Source: an uncultured Verrucomicrobiota bacterium (GTDB lineage: Bacteria; Verrucomicrobiota; Kiritimatiellia; JAAZAB01). Taken from it: 64,000 nt of DNA. Positions 18,204-28,932 of the stretch are shown here, one piece after another. Position numbers and translations under genes: made by a program. Position 1 is the first letter of the stretch. Every line of letters begins with the position of its first letter. The notes under the pieces were generated by a model. That model saw only the letters and a list, made by a program, of their open reading frames with translations, made no database searches and was not told where the DNA came from. The stretch spans positions 2,407 through 66,406 of the forward strand of contig CAYYWX010000009.1 of NCBI GenBank assembly GCA_964475405.1, given 5' to 3'.

Positions 18204-18680
18204 ATGAAAGAATGGCTGATCATTGACGGCTATAATCTGATTTATCAGATTTTTCCAAACGAGCGGCATGACGATATCGCCCGCCTCAGGAAAAAGCTTT
18301 TGATCCGGCTTGAGCCGCTGGTTAACTCGCTGGCCCGCAGGATAAGCGTCGTTTTTGACGGCCAGAGGGATATTTCGCCCGCCAATCAAAAGGACAGCGA
18401 GGTGATCGACGTGATTTATTCGCCGCCCCACCTGAGCGCCGACACGGTCATCGAAAACCTCGTCTGGAAAGCCCCGCATCCGGAAGAGATCCTCGTGGTA
18501 ACCTCCGACCGCCTTGAGCGCGACGGGGCCAGCGCGAGCGGCGCGGACACAATGGCGTCATCCCTCTTTGTTGAAATGCTCAGGGACGAACAGAGCCGGT
18601 TGAGTTCAAGGCTCAATCAACTGAATAAAAAAAATGAAAAAGCCACCCTGGGCGATTTTTTCCCGCAATCCTTGCCGTAA
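18204..18680 (+). CDS. NYN-domain (YacP/Rae1-like) RNA-binding protein
   Basis: MKEWLIIDGYNLIY start with acidic residues in positions consistent with a PIN-like NYN fold. The upstream part of the ORF-track call (18033-18203) overlaps the tRNA and is an artefact. Confidence 0.65.
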   Translation: MKEWLIIDGYNLIYQIFPNERHDDIARLRKKLLIRLEPLVNSLARRISVVFDGQRDISPANQKDSEVIDVIYSPPHLSADTVIENLVWKAPHPEEILVVTSDRLERDGASASGADTMASSLFVEMLRDEQSRLSSRLNQLNKKNEKATLGDFFPQSLP

Positions 18681-18869
18681 ATGGCGCGGGTGATACCGCA
18701 AAACGGCCGGCCGAAAGGTTTTTGCGCTTATTCTTTCATTTCCCTGTCAAATTGCATGATCCCTGACGGTCTTTCGGCCCCGGTTTCGACGCAATAACAG
18801 GCTGAAAATAGTTTTTTATACAGCTTTCCATAAGCAATTATTTTGCTTGTTTTTTACCATAGATTGTAG

Positions 18870-18898
18870 TTGCATTAGGGCAGACCGCATGATATGGT
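18870..18898 (+). promoter_or_regulatory. putative sigma70-like promoter upstream of smc
   Basis: TTGCAT, a 17-nt spacer, then TATGGT, about 55 nt upstream of the smc ATG in an AT-rich intergenic region. Confidence 0.25.
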
Positions 18899-18950
18899 GT
18901 GGTGTAGATTGTTAATAACTTGTGAATAAACTGTATATTTGAAAGGCAAT

Positions 18951-21900
18951 ATGCGTCTTAAGAGCTTGGAACTAATCGGGTTCAAGAGTTTTGCCGACCG
19001 GACTGTCCTTGACTTTGGCGAAGGCATTTCGGCGATCGTCGGACCGAACGGATGCGGTAAAAGCAACATATCGGACTCGATCCGATGGGTGCTTGGCGAA
19101 CAAAGCGCGCGGCTTTTGCGCGGCACGGCGATGCAGGACTGCATTTTTAACGGAACCGACGCTTCCGCCCCGAAAAACATGGCCGAGGTCAGCCTCTGCC
19201 TGACCGATTGCGAACAAGTTCTCGGCACGGATTATCACGAAGTCACCGTCACGCGGCGCGTTTTCCGGTCAGGCGAGGGCCAGTATTTTATAAACAAGAC
19301 GCCCTGCCGCCTGAAAGACATCCAGCGCCTTTTCCTCGACACGGGAATCGGAACCAATTCATACTCGGTGATGGAGCAGGGGCGAATAGATCTCATCCTG
19401 CGGGCCCGGCCGGAAGACCGCCGCGAGGTGTTTGAGGAAGCCAGCGGCATCGCCAAATACAAGGCCGACAAGCGCGAGGCGATGCGCAAGCTCGAACAGA
19501 CCGAAAACAATCTCCTGCGCCTGGCCGATATCATCAAGGAAGTCAAACGCCAGATTATTTCAATCCAGCGCCAGGCCGGAAAGGCCGAGCGCTATAAAAA
19601 AATGTTCGACCAGTTGCGCGGACATGACGTCTACGCGGCCCGGGAGCGGCTGCAATTGATGGCGTCCGAAATAGCGGCCATGGATACGCAGCACGCCTCG
19701 ATCGTCGAAAAAAACGAGGCGCTCCAGCACGATATCGAGCGGTTCGACCTTGATAATATCCGCCTGCAGGAAGAGCGGGCGAAAATTGAGGGCGAAATTT
19801 CAGCCTTGCAGCAGGCCGCCATGCAGGTTGAATCGCAAATTGAGCAATTGCGGCAGTCAATTGAAGTCAACAAATTGCGGCTGGACGAGCACCGGCAGCT
19901 CATCCGGCACGATTCCAGGGAAATCGAGACGGCCCGCAAGGACCTCGACGGCGTCCGCGCGTCATCCGCGCAGATTGAAAATAACCTGAAAAACGCCGAA
20001 ACCAAGTTCAGCGATGCCGAAGAAAACCTGAAAATCAAGGGCGGCCAAAACGCGCGGCATGAGGAGGAAATTGACAGGACGAAACACCGCGTCCAGGAAC
20101 TCATGACGGAATCGCTGACCCTGGACGGACACCTGACCAAGTCGCAGAACGAACTGCAGCAGCTTGAAAGCACGGACCGGGTCGTTGTCATCCGGCGCGA
20201 GCGCTGCGCCGCCGAGCAGGCCGGCCTGCGGCTGGCGCTTAAAAAGCACCAGGAGCGCGTTGATGAGGCGGAAAAAACAGTTCAATCAATGCTGTCGGCC
20301 GTCGACAAGGCCGAGCAAGACCTGCGCCAAAACGAAGACGACATCCGGAAATACGACGAACAAGTCGGCGCGGCGCAATCGGAAATTGGCCAATACGAGC
20401 GGGAGATTTCGGCGCTGACGGCGCAGGTTGAGATGCTCGGCGAGGAGGCTTCCGCGAAATCGACGCCGAGGGCGGATGCTGATGAATTGAAAGCATGCGG
20501 GATTGACCGCGAAAACATCCTCGGCCGGCTTTATGAGCAGGTCAAGGTCCATCAGGACTACCGCGTCGCGCTTGAAGCCGTTTTACGCGACCTGCTGGAC
20601 GCCTATATTTTAAAGGACGTTTCCGGCGCAATCAGGCTGGTCAGCGCCATGGACAGGGCAAGCGAGCTTTCGATGAGCTTTGTTGTCGCCGACCTGCCAT
20701 CCGTTCCGGCGCCAAAAGTCAATCCGCCCCCGCAATCAACCTGCCTGCTTGACCAGGTGCAATGTCCCGACCAGTTCCGTCCGCTCTTCACGCGCTTGTT
20801 GCAAAACGCCTATATCGTTGAATCCGCCGACTTCCTGGGGCGCAACGCTGATCAGGCGCTTGTCTGCGTCACAAAAAACGGCGTTGTTATGCGCGGCACG
20901 GGCGCATTGCAGGTCGGAACGGGGATATCCTCTCCCGAGGAAAGCCCGATTCTCAGGCAACAGCGCCGCGAGGAGTTCAAGGCGCGCTTGCTGGCGCAGG
21001 AAGAAAAACTCGCCCTTGCCCGGGAATCCTGCCGCAAGCTGATTGAAGTCCAGAAAAAGCAAAAGGATATTTTCAACGCCCGGCGCGCGGAGCTCGAGGT
21101 CCAGCGGCTGGCGCTCGCCGGCCACCAGGGACAACACGGGGTAATCAAGGGCGAGGCCGACAAAACCGCCGACAACCTGGAAACCGTTTCGGAGGAGTTG
21201 AAGGAAATTGAAAAGCAGGGCAGTTCCACCGACCGCAAAAGCGAGCTTATCACCGCGATGGACTCATTCCATGCCCGGCGGGTTGCGGTTAAACACGAGC
21301 TTGACGAGTTGAACGGCAAGATCAAGGTCCTGGAACAGACCCACAAGGAACTGCAAGGCGAGGTCATCAAGGCGAACGTCAACGCCGTCCGCTACCGGGA
21401 AGAGGTCAGCCACCTTGCCCAGACGCTCGCGGCGCAGAAAGAACGGATTGCCCAGCTTGAAGCGCTGGTTGGCGACCGCGGCGCGCGCATCCATGAATAC
21501 GAACAGGCCATCAAGGTCATTGAAAATTCCAGCAGGGAAGCGGTCGAGCGGCTCCCGGTTCTGCAGGAGCAGCTGAAAACGAACGCGGCCCAAATTGTTC
21601 ATATCAAGGAAACCCGCGATAAATTGCTCGTGGAATGCAAGCACGCCGAGGAAAAACTGAAGCAACTGCGCGGCAGTTGGGAGGCGCAGCGCAATCAGCA
21701 GGGCGATTTGAACGGGAAGATCATTGAATTGCGCATGCGCCGCGAGCATCTCCTGGAAAGAATCACCGGCGATTACCATCTTACGGAGGAAAACATCACC
21801 CATGCCGCCGAACCGGAATGGGGCGAGGGCGGCAAGCCTTCAACCGAGCAGCTGGACGCCTTGATCGGCGACCTGCGGGCCAAGATCGAAGCCATGGGCC

Positions 21901-22571
21901 CGGTCAACACGGGCGCGATCGAGGAAATGCAGCAACTGCAGGAGCGCTACGAGTTTTTAAGCAAGCAGCAGGAAGACCTTGTCAACGCGCGCCAGCAGCT
22001 GATGGATGCCATCCGGAAAATCAACCAAACCACGACCGAAATGTTCTCGAAGACGTTCGCCCAGATAAATGAAAATTTCCAGATAATGTTCAGCCAGTTG
22101 TTCGGCGGCGGGTCGGCAAAACTTATCCTGACCGACGAAGGCGACATCCTTGAGTGCGGAATTGAAATATTCGCGCGGCCTCCCGGCAAAAAACTGCAGA
22201 GCATTTCCCTGCTTTCCGGCGGGGAGAGCACGATGACGGCGGTCGCGCTGTTGTTTGCCATATTCATGGTCAAGCCCAGCCCGTTCTGCGTCCTGGACGA
22301 GCTGGACGCGCCTTTGGATGACGCCAACAACCAGCGCTTCATCAACATGCTCAAGGGCTTTCTGAAGAATTCGCAGTTTATCGTCATCACCCACAATCGC
22401 CAGACCATTGCCGCCGCCGGCGTCCTTTACGGAGTGACGATGGAAAAGGATAAAATTTCAACGATCGTATCGATGCGTTTCAAGGGTGACGGCAAGGCGC
22501 CGGCCCCGGTTGCCCAGACGGATGCGTCCCAGCCCCAGCCGGATAGGTTGATTATCCAGGCGAAAAATTAA
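18951..22571 (+). CDS. smc: chromosome segregation protein SMC
   Basis: About 1200 aa. N-terminal Walker A (GPNGCGKSN), long coiled coils, a hinge, and C-terminal LSGGE plus Walker B (ILDELDAPLDD). Confidence 0.9.
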   Translation: MRLKSLELIGFKSFADRTVLDFGEGISAIVGPNGCGKSNISDSIRWVLGEQSARLLRGTAMQDCIFNGTDASAPKNMAEVSLCLTDCEQVLGTDYHEVTVTRRVFRSGEGQYFINKTPCRLKDIQRLFLDTGIGTNSYSVMEQGRIDLILRARPEDRREVFEEASGIAKYKADKREAMRKLEQTENNLLRLADIIKEVKRQIISIQRQAGKAERYKKMFDQLRGHDVYAARERLQLMASEIAAMDTQHASIVEKNEALQHDIERFDLDNIRLQEERAKIEGEISALQQAAMQVESQIEQLRQSIEVNKLRLDEHRQLIRHDSREIETARKDLDGVRASSAQIENNLKNAETKFSDAEENLKIKGGQNARHEEEIDRTKHRVQELMTESLTLDGHLTKSQNELQQLESTDRVVVIRRERCAAEQAGLRLALKKHQERVDEAEKTVQSMLSAVDKAEQDLRQNEDDIRKYDEQVGAAQSEIGQYEREISALTAQVEMLGEEASAKSTPRADADELKACGIDRENILGRLYEQVKVHQDYRVALEAVLRDLLDAYILKDVSGAIRLVSAMDRASELSMSFVVADLPSVPAPKVNPPPQSTCLLDQVQCPDQFRPLFTRLLQNAYIVESADFLGRNADQALVCVTKNGVVMRGTGALQVGTGISSPEESPILRQQRREEFKARLLAQEEKLALARESCRKLIEVQKKQKDIFNARRAELEVQRLALAGHQGQHGVIKGEADKTADNLETVSEELKEIEKQGSSTDRKSELITAMDSFHARRVAVKHELDELNGKIKVLEQTHKELQGEVIKANVNAVRYREEVSHLAQTLAAQKERIAQLEALVGDRGARIHEYEQAIKVIENSSREAVERLPVLQEQLKTNAAQIVHIKETRDKLLVECKHAEEKLKQLRGSWEAQRNQQGDLNGKIIELRMRREHLLERITGDYHLTEENITHAAEPEWGEGGKPSTEQLDALIGDLRAKIEAMGPVNTGAIEEMQQLQERYEFLSKQQEDLVNARQQLMDAIRKINQTTTEMFSKTFAQINENFQIMFSQLFGGGSAKLILTDEGDILECGIEIFARPPGKKLQSISLLSGGESTMTAVALLFAIFMVKPSPFCVLDELDAPLDDANNQRFINMLKGFLKNSQFIVITHNRQTIAAAGVLYGVTMEKDKISTIVSMRFKGDGKAPAPVAQTDASQPQPDRLIIQAKN

Positions 22572-22632
22572 AAAGAAGATAGCTGTTCGGGCCGTGTTTT
22601 TCCGGTGATGGATCTGCGGCGTCCCAGGGCGG

Positions 22633-23058
22633 CTATAACGAACCGAAAGTCACGTTGGTTATGCTGGCGCCGGCGCATGAATTCAACACGTCAACCACCC
22701 GGTCATAACTCGTGTTGTCCTCGGCCTGCACGGTTATCATCGGCTTGTTGTGCGCCGCCTCGCTGGAGAGGCGGTAGCGGATCAAAGTCTTGACCAATTC
22801 CGGCATTTCCTTGCCCTCAAACTGCCTTCCGTTCAGGAACACCTCGCCGCGCGCCTGCACTTCAATGATCTGTTCATCCGGCATTTCCAAGGCGGCGCCC
22901 TGTTCCATCGAGCCGGGCAGGTTGATGCCCAGGTCCGATTCTTTCTGGCCGAGCGTGGTCGTAACCATGAAAAAAATCAGCAGGAACATCACGGTGTCGA
23001 TCATCGGAGTCAGGTCGATCCTGGCTTCCGGGACATCGGCTGACGATTTCATGCGCAC
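22633..23058 (-). CDS. exbD: biopolymer transporter ExbD/TolR
   Basis: 141 aa. IDLTPMIDTVMFLLIFFMV N-terminal TM segment typical of ExbD/TolR. Confidence 0.8.
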   Translation of the reverse strand: MRMKSSADVPEARIDLTPMIDTVMFLLIFFMVTTTLGQKESDLGINLPGSMEQGAALEMPDEQIIEVQARGEVFLNGRQFEGKEMPELVKTLIRYRLSSEAAHNKPMITVQAEDNTSYDRVVDVLNSCAGASITNVTFGSL

Positions 23059-23060
23059 GG

Positions 23061-23534
23061 TTATTCTCCCGATTTTAAATATAAATCTTCAGTGTAAGTG
23101 CCGAAAATGACGTCCGACACGCCGGCGGCGGCGCAGGCCGCCATGGCGCGGCGAACCAGCGCGAACTTAACCCGCCGGTCGGCCCGCAGGTACAATCGCA
23201 AATTCGGCTGGACTTTCAGCTCATTGGCGATGGCGGCCTGAAGCCCGTCATCCGTGACAAGTTTTCCGTAAACCACGAACGGCTTGTCATCGGAGGCAAT
23301 CTGGCCGTCCAGCGCCAGAACGCCCTGGAGCAGGACGTTTACCGTCCCGCGATTGCTGGGATCCTTCTGCTCGGCCGCGTTGGAAGCAACCGGCAGCTTG
23401 ACATCCGACGAAATATCCACCTTGGTCATGGTTGCCGCGCACATGAAAAAAATCAGGAGGAGGAAAACAGCGTCGATCAAAGGCACCAGCTCAACGCGCG
23501 CCTCGGGAATTTCTTCTGACCGGGTAACTTTCAT
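23061..23534 (-). CDS. exbD: biopolymer transporter ExbD/TolR (second copy)
   Basis: 157 aa. ELVPLIDAVFLLLIFFM motif. Confidence 0.8.
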   Translation of the reverse strand: MKVTRSEEIPEARVELVPLIDAVFLLLIFFMCAATMTKVDISSDVKLPVASNAAEQKDPSNRGTVNVLLQGVLALDGQIASDDKPFVVYGKLVTDDGLQAAIANELKVQPNLRLYLRADRRVKFALVRRAMAACAAAGVSDVIFGTYTEDLYLKSGE

Positions 23535-23594
23535 GACGCCATCAATTCAATCCATGCCTTCTCATGGTGTTCCGCCGCTGAAAACTTAAACGGA

Positions 23595-24398
23595 TCAGGC
23601 TTCTTCGGCGCGCGCGGGCCCCATGACGCCATCCAATATCTCTCCGAAATACTGCTCGGAATCCTTCATGATCGTATTAAGGATATTCCTGAACAGGAAA
23701 TAGAAACCCATCGCGGTGATGGCGACCATCAACCCGGTGGCGGTACAGACCAGGGCCTCGCCGATGTTCTTGGCCAGCATTTCGGGCTTGCCCATGCCGC
23801 CCTCGCCGATTTTGGAAAACGCCCCGATCATTCCGCTGACGGTCCCCAGCAGCCCCCACATGGGCGACATGGATGTCAGCAGGGAAAGGAAATTGACGAA
23901 GAAGCCGTACTTGGTCTCCTCGCGGCTCGCCGTCTCGGCGATGGCCGCTTCCACCCTGGGCCGGGAGCCGGCCAGGTCATCGGGTTGAATTTTGTTCAAC
24001 CCGGCCAGGAGCGAGCGCGTGAAGAATGAGTCCGTGGCGGAGGCCATGTTCAAGACCTGCTCATGATTGCCGCCCTGGGCCGCCGACCTGATCTGGGCAA
24101 CAATCTCCGGGGGGATCATGCTCTTCCGGTTGACTCGCTGGAAATTCAATGCCGTCAGGAAAACCACGGCAAACGCGCACGTGCCCAGCGGCCACATCGC
24201 CCAGCCGCCGGACTTGATCAAATCCCACAAGGTCATTTTTCTTTGCATCTTGAGCGGGGCAGGGGTTGCCGCCACTGCCGGGGTGGTGGCCGGCGCGGTC
24301 GCCGGAGGCGGAGTGGGGGCGGCCTGGGCCAGAGCGGCCAACTCCATTCCCGTCAGGATGAAAACTATCAATAAAACGGCCAGGATATTTTTCTTCAT
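23595..24398 (-). CDS. exbB: MotA/TolQ/ExbB proton-channel protein with a signal peptide and a Pro/Ala-rich N-terminal region
   Basis: TolQ/ExbB C-terminal core (GLLGTVSGMIGAF ... NIGEALVCTATGLMVAI). Confidence 0.8.
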   Translation of the reverse strand: MKKNILAVLLIVFILTGMELAALAQAAPTPPPATAPATTPAVAATPAPLKMQRKMTLWDLIKSGGWAMWPLGTCAFAVVFLTALNFQRVNRKSMIPPEIVAQIRSAAQGGNHEQVLNMASATDSFFTRSLLAGLNKIQPDDLAGSRPRVEAAIAETASREETKYGFFVNFLSLLTSMSPMWGLLGTVSGMIGAFSKIGEGGMGKPEMLAKNIGEALVCTATGLMVAITAMGFYFLFRNILNTIMKDSEQYFGEILDGVMGPARAEEA

Positions 24399-25549
24399 GG
24401 TGCTTTGTTCCCTTCGCTTGCCTTGACTGTTGCTGAATTTGTCGCGACTTCTTTTTCGGTTGCTTTCAAAAATTCCTGGACCATTTTGTTCATGTCTTCC
24501 TTGGCATCGATAAGAGTTTTCCAGTAATTTGCACGTTCCTTTTCACGTGTCAAGTTGTTTTTCATGATGAGCGCCAGCTGTTTGCGCGCGACAACGCTCC
24601 AGTCGGTATGGTCAAAAAGAACGGCAATTTCATAGTAAACATCCCGGGCCTGGTATGTTTCCTGCATTTCATAATAGCAGTTTGCGGAAAGCAACAAGGC
24701 GTCCGGGAAGGTTTCCATGTCCTTGTTCTGGAACGTCAGCGATTTAATGGCGGAATCCAGGGCCTCCTGGTAGCTTTTTTGTTCGTAAAAGATATTGGCC
24801 TGCACCAGCCAATAAAGGCCGTAATTTTTATCATACACTTCCTCGCACACCACCATTTTTTTCATCTCATCCGCGGCCGCGTCCGCCTTGCCCATCATTG
24901 TCAGGCATTGAATTGCCTTGAGCTGGGCGGTGGTGGCGTCTTCAAACCATGCCAGCTGGCCGGCCGGCTGTAAAATCTTATAAGCCTGCGCGTAAAACGC
25001 GGCGGCCTGCTTTTCGTTCACGTCCCCGCCCGCCTGTTGCGCGCTCATCCCGGCCTTGAGCAGATAGCCGGCCGCTTCCAGCGCCGGCTCCACCACGTTA
25101 TTCGTGGGAAAATCCAGGTAGGGCAGCGCCGGCGCAACGGCTTTGATAATCATGCCGGCGGCCTCCGCCCAACGCCGTTCGTTGGCAAGTTTAAACACTT
25201 CAAACTCATCATACTGGATGTCAAACTTGGCCTTCGTAATCCTTGCCAGGTTGAGGCTCATGTAGCCTTCCGGCTGGGCTGTGCCCGGGCTACGGTAATA
25301 GATCTCCTTGCCTTTGCGGCCGACCAGCTCGACATTATAACCGGCGCCTTCCTTGCCGACGCTCAATTGGGCCTTGACCGCGGCGGTAGCGGTGGCGGCG
25401 GCAGCGGCCGCCGGCCTGGCGGGCGGGGGAGTCGCCGCCGGCAGGACCGCCGGCTGGGTTTTGACCGGTTCCGGGCCCTGCGCGTATGACATAATCGTCA
25501 ACCCCGCCAAAAGAGCCGCCAATAAAATGAATACGACGCCACGTTTCAT
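24395..25549 (-). CDS. secreted TPR-like protein with a proline-rich N-terminal segment (possible TonB/TolA-like partner)
   Basis: Signal peptide, a Pro/Ala-rich stretch, and helical repeats. Start overlaps exbB stop (ATGA); 3' end overlaps the downstream TPR gene by 4 nt (both minus). Confidence 0.55.
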   Translation of the reverse strand: MKRGVVFILLAALLAGLTIMSYAQGPEPVKTQPAVLPAATPPPARPAAAAAATATAAVKAQLSVGKEGAGYNVELVGRKGKEIYYRSPGTAQPEGYMSLNLARITKAKFDIQYDEFEVFKLANERRWAEAAGMIIKAVAPALPYLDFPTNNVVEPALEAAGYLLKAGMSAQQAGGDVNEKQAAAFYAQAYKILQPAGQLAWFEDATTAQLKAIQCLTMMGKADAAADEMKKMVVCEEVYDKNYGLYWLVQANIFYEQKSYQEALDSAIKSLTFQNKDMETFPDALLLSANCYYEMQETYQARDVYYEIAVLFDHTDWSVVARKQLALIMKNNLTREKERANYWKTLIDAKEDMNKMVQEFLKATEKEVATNSATVKASEGNKAP

Positions 25550-28362
25550 CCTGACACCTGTTTTTTCAGTTTCGCCAATAATTTCTGCGCTTCTTCCATC
25601 TCGGGCCTGGATTGAAATTCCTGCTGCGCCACCATCTCCTCAAGGACTTCGATGGCCTTTTGCCTTTCATAAAGCAGATCAAGGCACTGGGCGCGTTTCA
25701 AATACGCCTTCGCGGTCCAGTTGACATTGCCGCTGTAGAGAACGTAGATCCGCTCGTAGAAAGCCGAAGCTTCCCGGTATTTCTTTTGCGCCTTAAGGAC
25801 CTCGGCGCGGCCATAGAGGGCCGCCGGCCACATTTTCTTCCATTCCTTGGATTCGGTCACTTCCTTGTAAGCCAGGTCCGCTTCGGCGTAATTTTCCTGG
25901 TTAAGATACAAGGCGCCGAGGAGCAGGCGCGCCTCGCCCGACTCCAGGCTGGTGGCGAAGATTTCCCGGACAACGCCCAGGTGCAAGATCGCCTCGTCTT
26001 CGTTCTCGCCGTTCTCGATGTCGTCCTTGGCGATGAGCATGCGCGCGCGGAGGGCATAATCCGTCTCGGTGAAATCGGTGATGAGCTTGTTCGCCGCCTT
26101 GCGCGCCAGGTCGCGGTCATCGGCCTTCATGGCTTCGTCCTCGATCAATTCCAGGATTCCCGCGCTGGCCACATCGATGTTGCTTTCCTGCGCGATGGCC
26201 TGGTTAAGCATCTCCCGGGTGGCCTCAGTGGCGGACGGGTCATAGCGCAATACCCGCTCGATCCGCAGGGCAAGCGTCCTCTCTTTTTCCGCCAGCGCCT
26301 TGCGGTGGAGCTCGTACATATCAAGCCAGCAGCGCTTGGCGACTTCCTTGCCCGCCGTCCGGCTGCGGCCGACCCATTCTTCGAGGATCAGGTCAATGCC
26401 GAGCTCCTTGCGGTCCTTGCCGTACTTTTCGATGGCGCGCCGGTAATAGGCCAGGGCGGATTCCTGCTGGCCCTTTGCCCAGTAGGCGTTGCCCACCCAG
26501 TAAATCGCCATTGGAATGTTTGATTCCGGGCGATTGCGCTGGATATAGGCCTCAAAATGTCGGATCAGGCCGTCATAATCCTTTAATTCCATCAGGATTT
26601 CACCGCAACGGAACGCGGCATAATTATAGAGCTCGATGTTGATGTCCGGGAATTCCACGACTTTCTGGTAACGCTCCACGGCGATCGGCAGCTTGGCCTT
26701 GGCCCCCGCGATATCCCCGAGGGTCAGATAGGCTTCGCCCCTTAATTTGCTTTGCGGAAAGCGGTCCAGGAACGCGAGGAATTTCGGCTCGGCCTTGACG
26801 AACAGGCTGCGGCCGAAATCACAGGTGGCGCTCCGGAAACAGGCGTCTTCCAGGTATTGCGAATTCGGAAAATCGGAGACGACTTTGTCAAAGTAGACTC
26901 CCGCCTCGTCGTATTTTTTGTCGAACATACTGGCCATTCCAAGCCAGTAAGTTGCGTCCGGAAGACGGTCGTTGCCGGGGTGTTTCTCGTTCAAATCTTT
27001 CAGCCACTTCACCGAGTTGGTGAATTGCTCCTGCATGAAATAGGAGTATCCGATCAGGAACATGCACTCGGCGGTGTAGGGGTGCTTCGGCATGACAACC
27101 AGGGCGTTGGTCAGGGTAGAAACCGCGTTGGTCCAGTCCTGGATGGAGGCATAGATTTGGCCGCAGTTGAGCGTGACCTCGCCGTAATACTCCTTGCAGG
27201 GGTAGCGGGTCATGTATTCGTTGCCGATTTGGAGCGCTTTCTCCGGGGGAGGAACGAGGGCGGCGCTGGAAAACGCCAGATAAAGGCATTCCTCGGCCCG
27301 GTTGGTTGAGGCCGGATCCTGATAAAGATAATAAAAAATATTGCACGCCTCGCGGTTCCGGTTAATGCTCTGATAGGAACGGGCAATCCGATACATCAGC
27401 TCCGAATCGTAATCCTTGATTTCGGCGATGGCCTTGATCTCCTGTTCAACCTCGCCCAGGCTTTCCTGGAGGCGCAGCAGCTCGCGCATCTTGTTTGTTT
27501 TGCGCAGGCTTTCAATCCGCTGCATCAGGCGCTCGCGGTAGTTTTCACAGTTGGTCTGCAATATCTCCTTTTGATAGATCATCCGGTAGACCCACAATGC
27601 GGCGCGGCATTTTTCGTCCTCAAACAACTGGTCGCCCGCTTCCAGGGCGGTCATATTGAGATAAACGCTGCGCGAGGCGAAGGAATCGGGGTGGAGCAAA
27701 TACCCCATCATTTGGTAGACCTTGTCCATTTCCTTGTTTTTGAGATAACTGGCGACCAGGATGGAGGCGGCCCAATTGCGGCGGGCGAAATCCGGCGCTT
27801 CATGGGTAATCCGCTCCAGCAGCCGGCTGGCCTCTTTCCAGTGTTCCTCATAAAGATGGCATTTTGCCATGGAGCAGAGGATGTCGACTTTCCAGTCGAG
27901 GTTCAACTGCAAGCTTTGTTTATTCAGCACTTCGGTGTAGGCCTTGAGCGCCTCGGACATGTTGTTCTGGAAGCGCAGCGCATCTGCCCGGTAGATGGCG
28001 ACCTCGGCGGCGTGGACCCCCTGGCGATATTTCTTCCGGTAGTTGTCAAAGGTGTCAACCGCTTCGGCAAAGCCGCCCGTGAGAAAATAGCACATCCCGA
28101 GGTTGTAATAGACCAATTCCATTTCGGTGATGGTTGAGGAGGTCTTGCTTTCCCCGAGCATCTGGGTCAGGGTGGAAAGGAATGGAATGGCTTCCTTGTA
28201 ACTGCCCTGCGACAGGGCGGTGAACGCCTTCTTCTGCAATTCCTTCGGGGTATCCTGGGCCCGCGCCGTTTGCACTACCAGCAGGGCGGCCAACACCGCC
28301 AGCGCGATGCTCCACCGCGTCCGGCCTTTCGGCGCGGATGATAAATTAAAAAAATCAATCAT
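25546..28362 (-). CDS. large TPR-repeat protein (938 aa), secreted
   Basis: N-terminal signal/TM segment followed by TPR-like repeats along the whole length. Confidence 0.7.
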   Translation of the reverse strand: MIDFFNLSSAPKGRTRWSIALAVLAALLVVQTARAQDTPKELQKKAFTALSQGSYKEAIPFLSTLTQMLGESKTSSTITEMELVYYNLGMCYFLTGGFAEAVDTFDNYRKKYRQGVHAAEVAIYRADALRFQNNMSEALKAYTEVLNKQSLQLNLDWKVDILCSMAKCHLYEEHWKEASRLLERITHEAPDFARRNWAASILVASYLKNKEMDKVYQMMGYLLHPDSFASRSVYLNMTALEAGDQLFEDEKCRAALWVYRMIYQKEILQTNCENYRERLMQRIESLRKTNKMRELLRLQESLGEVEQEIKAIAEIKDYDSELMYRIARSYQSINRNREACNIFYYLYQDPASTNRAEECLYLAFSSAALVPPPEKALQIGNEYMTRYPCKEYYGEVTLNCGQIYASIQDWTNAVSTLTNALVVMPKHPYTAECMFLIGYSYFMQEQFTNSVKWLKDLNEKHPGNDRLPDATYWLGMASMFDKKYDEAGVYFDKVVSDFPNSQYLEDACFRSATCDFGRSLFVKAEPKFLAFLDRFPQSKLRGEAYLTLGDIAGAKAKLPIAVERYQKVVEFPDINIELYNYAAFRCGEILMELKDYDGLIRHFEAYIQRNRPESNIPMAIYWVGNAYWAKGQQESALAYYRRAIEKYGKDRKELGIDLILEEWVGRSRTAGKEVAKRCWLDMYELHRKALAEKERTLALRIERVLRYDPSATEATREMLNQAIAQESNIDVASAGILELIEDEAMKADDRDLARKAANKLITDFTETDYALRARMLIAKDDIENGENEDEAILHLGVVREIFATSLESGEARLLLGALYLNQENYAEADLAYKEVTESKEWKKMWPAALYGRAEVLKAQKKYREASAFYERIYVLYSGNVNWTAKAYLKRAQCLDLLYERQKAIEVLEEMVAQQEFQSRPEMEEAQKLLAKLKKQVSG

Positions 28363-28398
28363 AAAATTCCGATCTTGCGGAAGATTTTTCGCCGAGGC

Positions 28399-28932
28399 CT
28401 ACTCCTGGGCTTTCCACACGACGCCGGCGCTGTTGCTCGCCGCGCCTTGCTCAGGGCGATAGACGCCCCTGGCGTTTGTCTTGACGGTCCAGTCCGCTTT
28501 CCCCCCGCGGTAAGTGGTAATCTTAATCCGCGAAACCGTCACGGGCGCATTCGTCAAAACCTTGGTATCCCCGGCCAGGTCACAGGTGTTGCGGCTGCCC
28601 ATCTGGGCGAAAAAACTTATATAGCAGTCAAGTCCCCTGACCATCTTGATGTTCCGGTGGCGGGAAGTAAACTTGCCCACCTCGTAAGTCTTGTTTGTTT
28701 TCACTCCATCGGGCGTGAGCAAGGTTAATTCCTGTTGCAAAGTGCAGTCAAATACAACCTGGTCATAAGTTATGTTTTCATCCGGCACAAACCTGACCGT
28801 GAATATCTGCTTGTCCGCCTCCGGCGGGTCGGGCTTGATTTCAATTTCCCGGACGCCGCTTCCCAGGACCGAGGCCATGGTGAACGCGAACAAACTCCAG
28901 GCAGAGATCATTATTTTTTGTTTATGGCGCAT
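28399..28932 (-). CDS. secreted hypothetical protein
   Basis: Likely start at MRHKQKIMISAWSLFAFTMASV (signal peptide). The Arg-rich extension in the ORF track upstream of this Met is probably not translated. Confidence 0.45.
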   Translation of the reverse strand: MRHKQKIMISAWSLFAFTMASVLGSGVREIEIKPDPPEADKQIFTVRFVPDENITYDQVVFDCTLQQELTLLTPDGVKTNKTYEVGKFTSRHRNIKMVRGLDCYISFFAQMGSRNTCDLAGDTKVLTNAPVTVSRIKITTYRGGKADWTVKTNARGVYRPEQGAASNSAGVVWKAQE

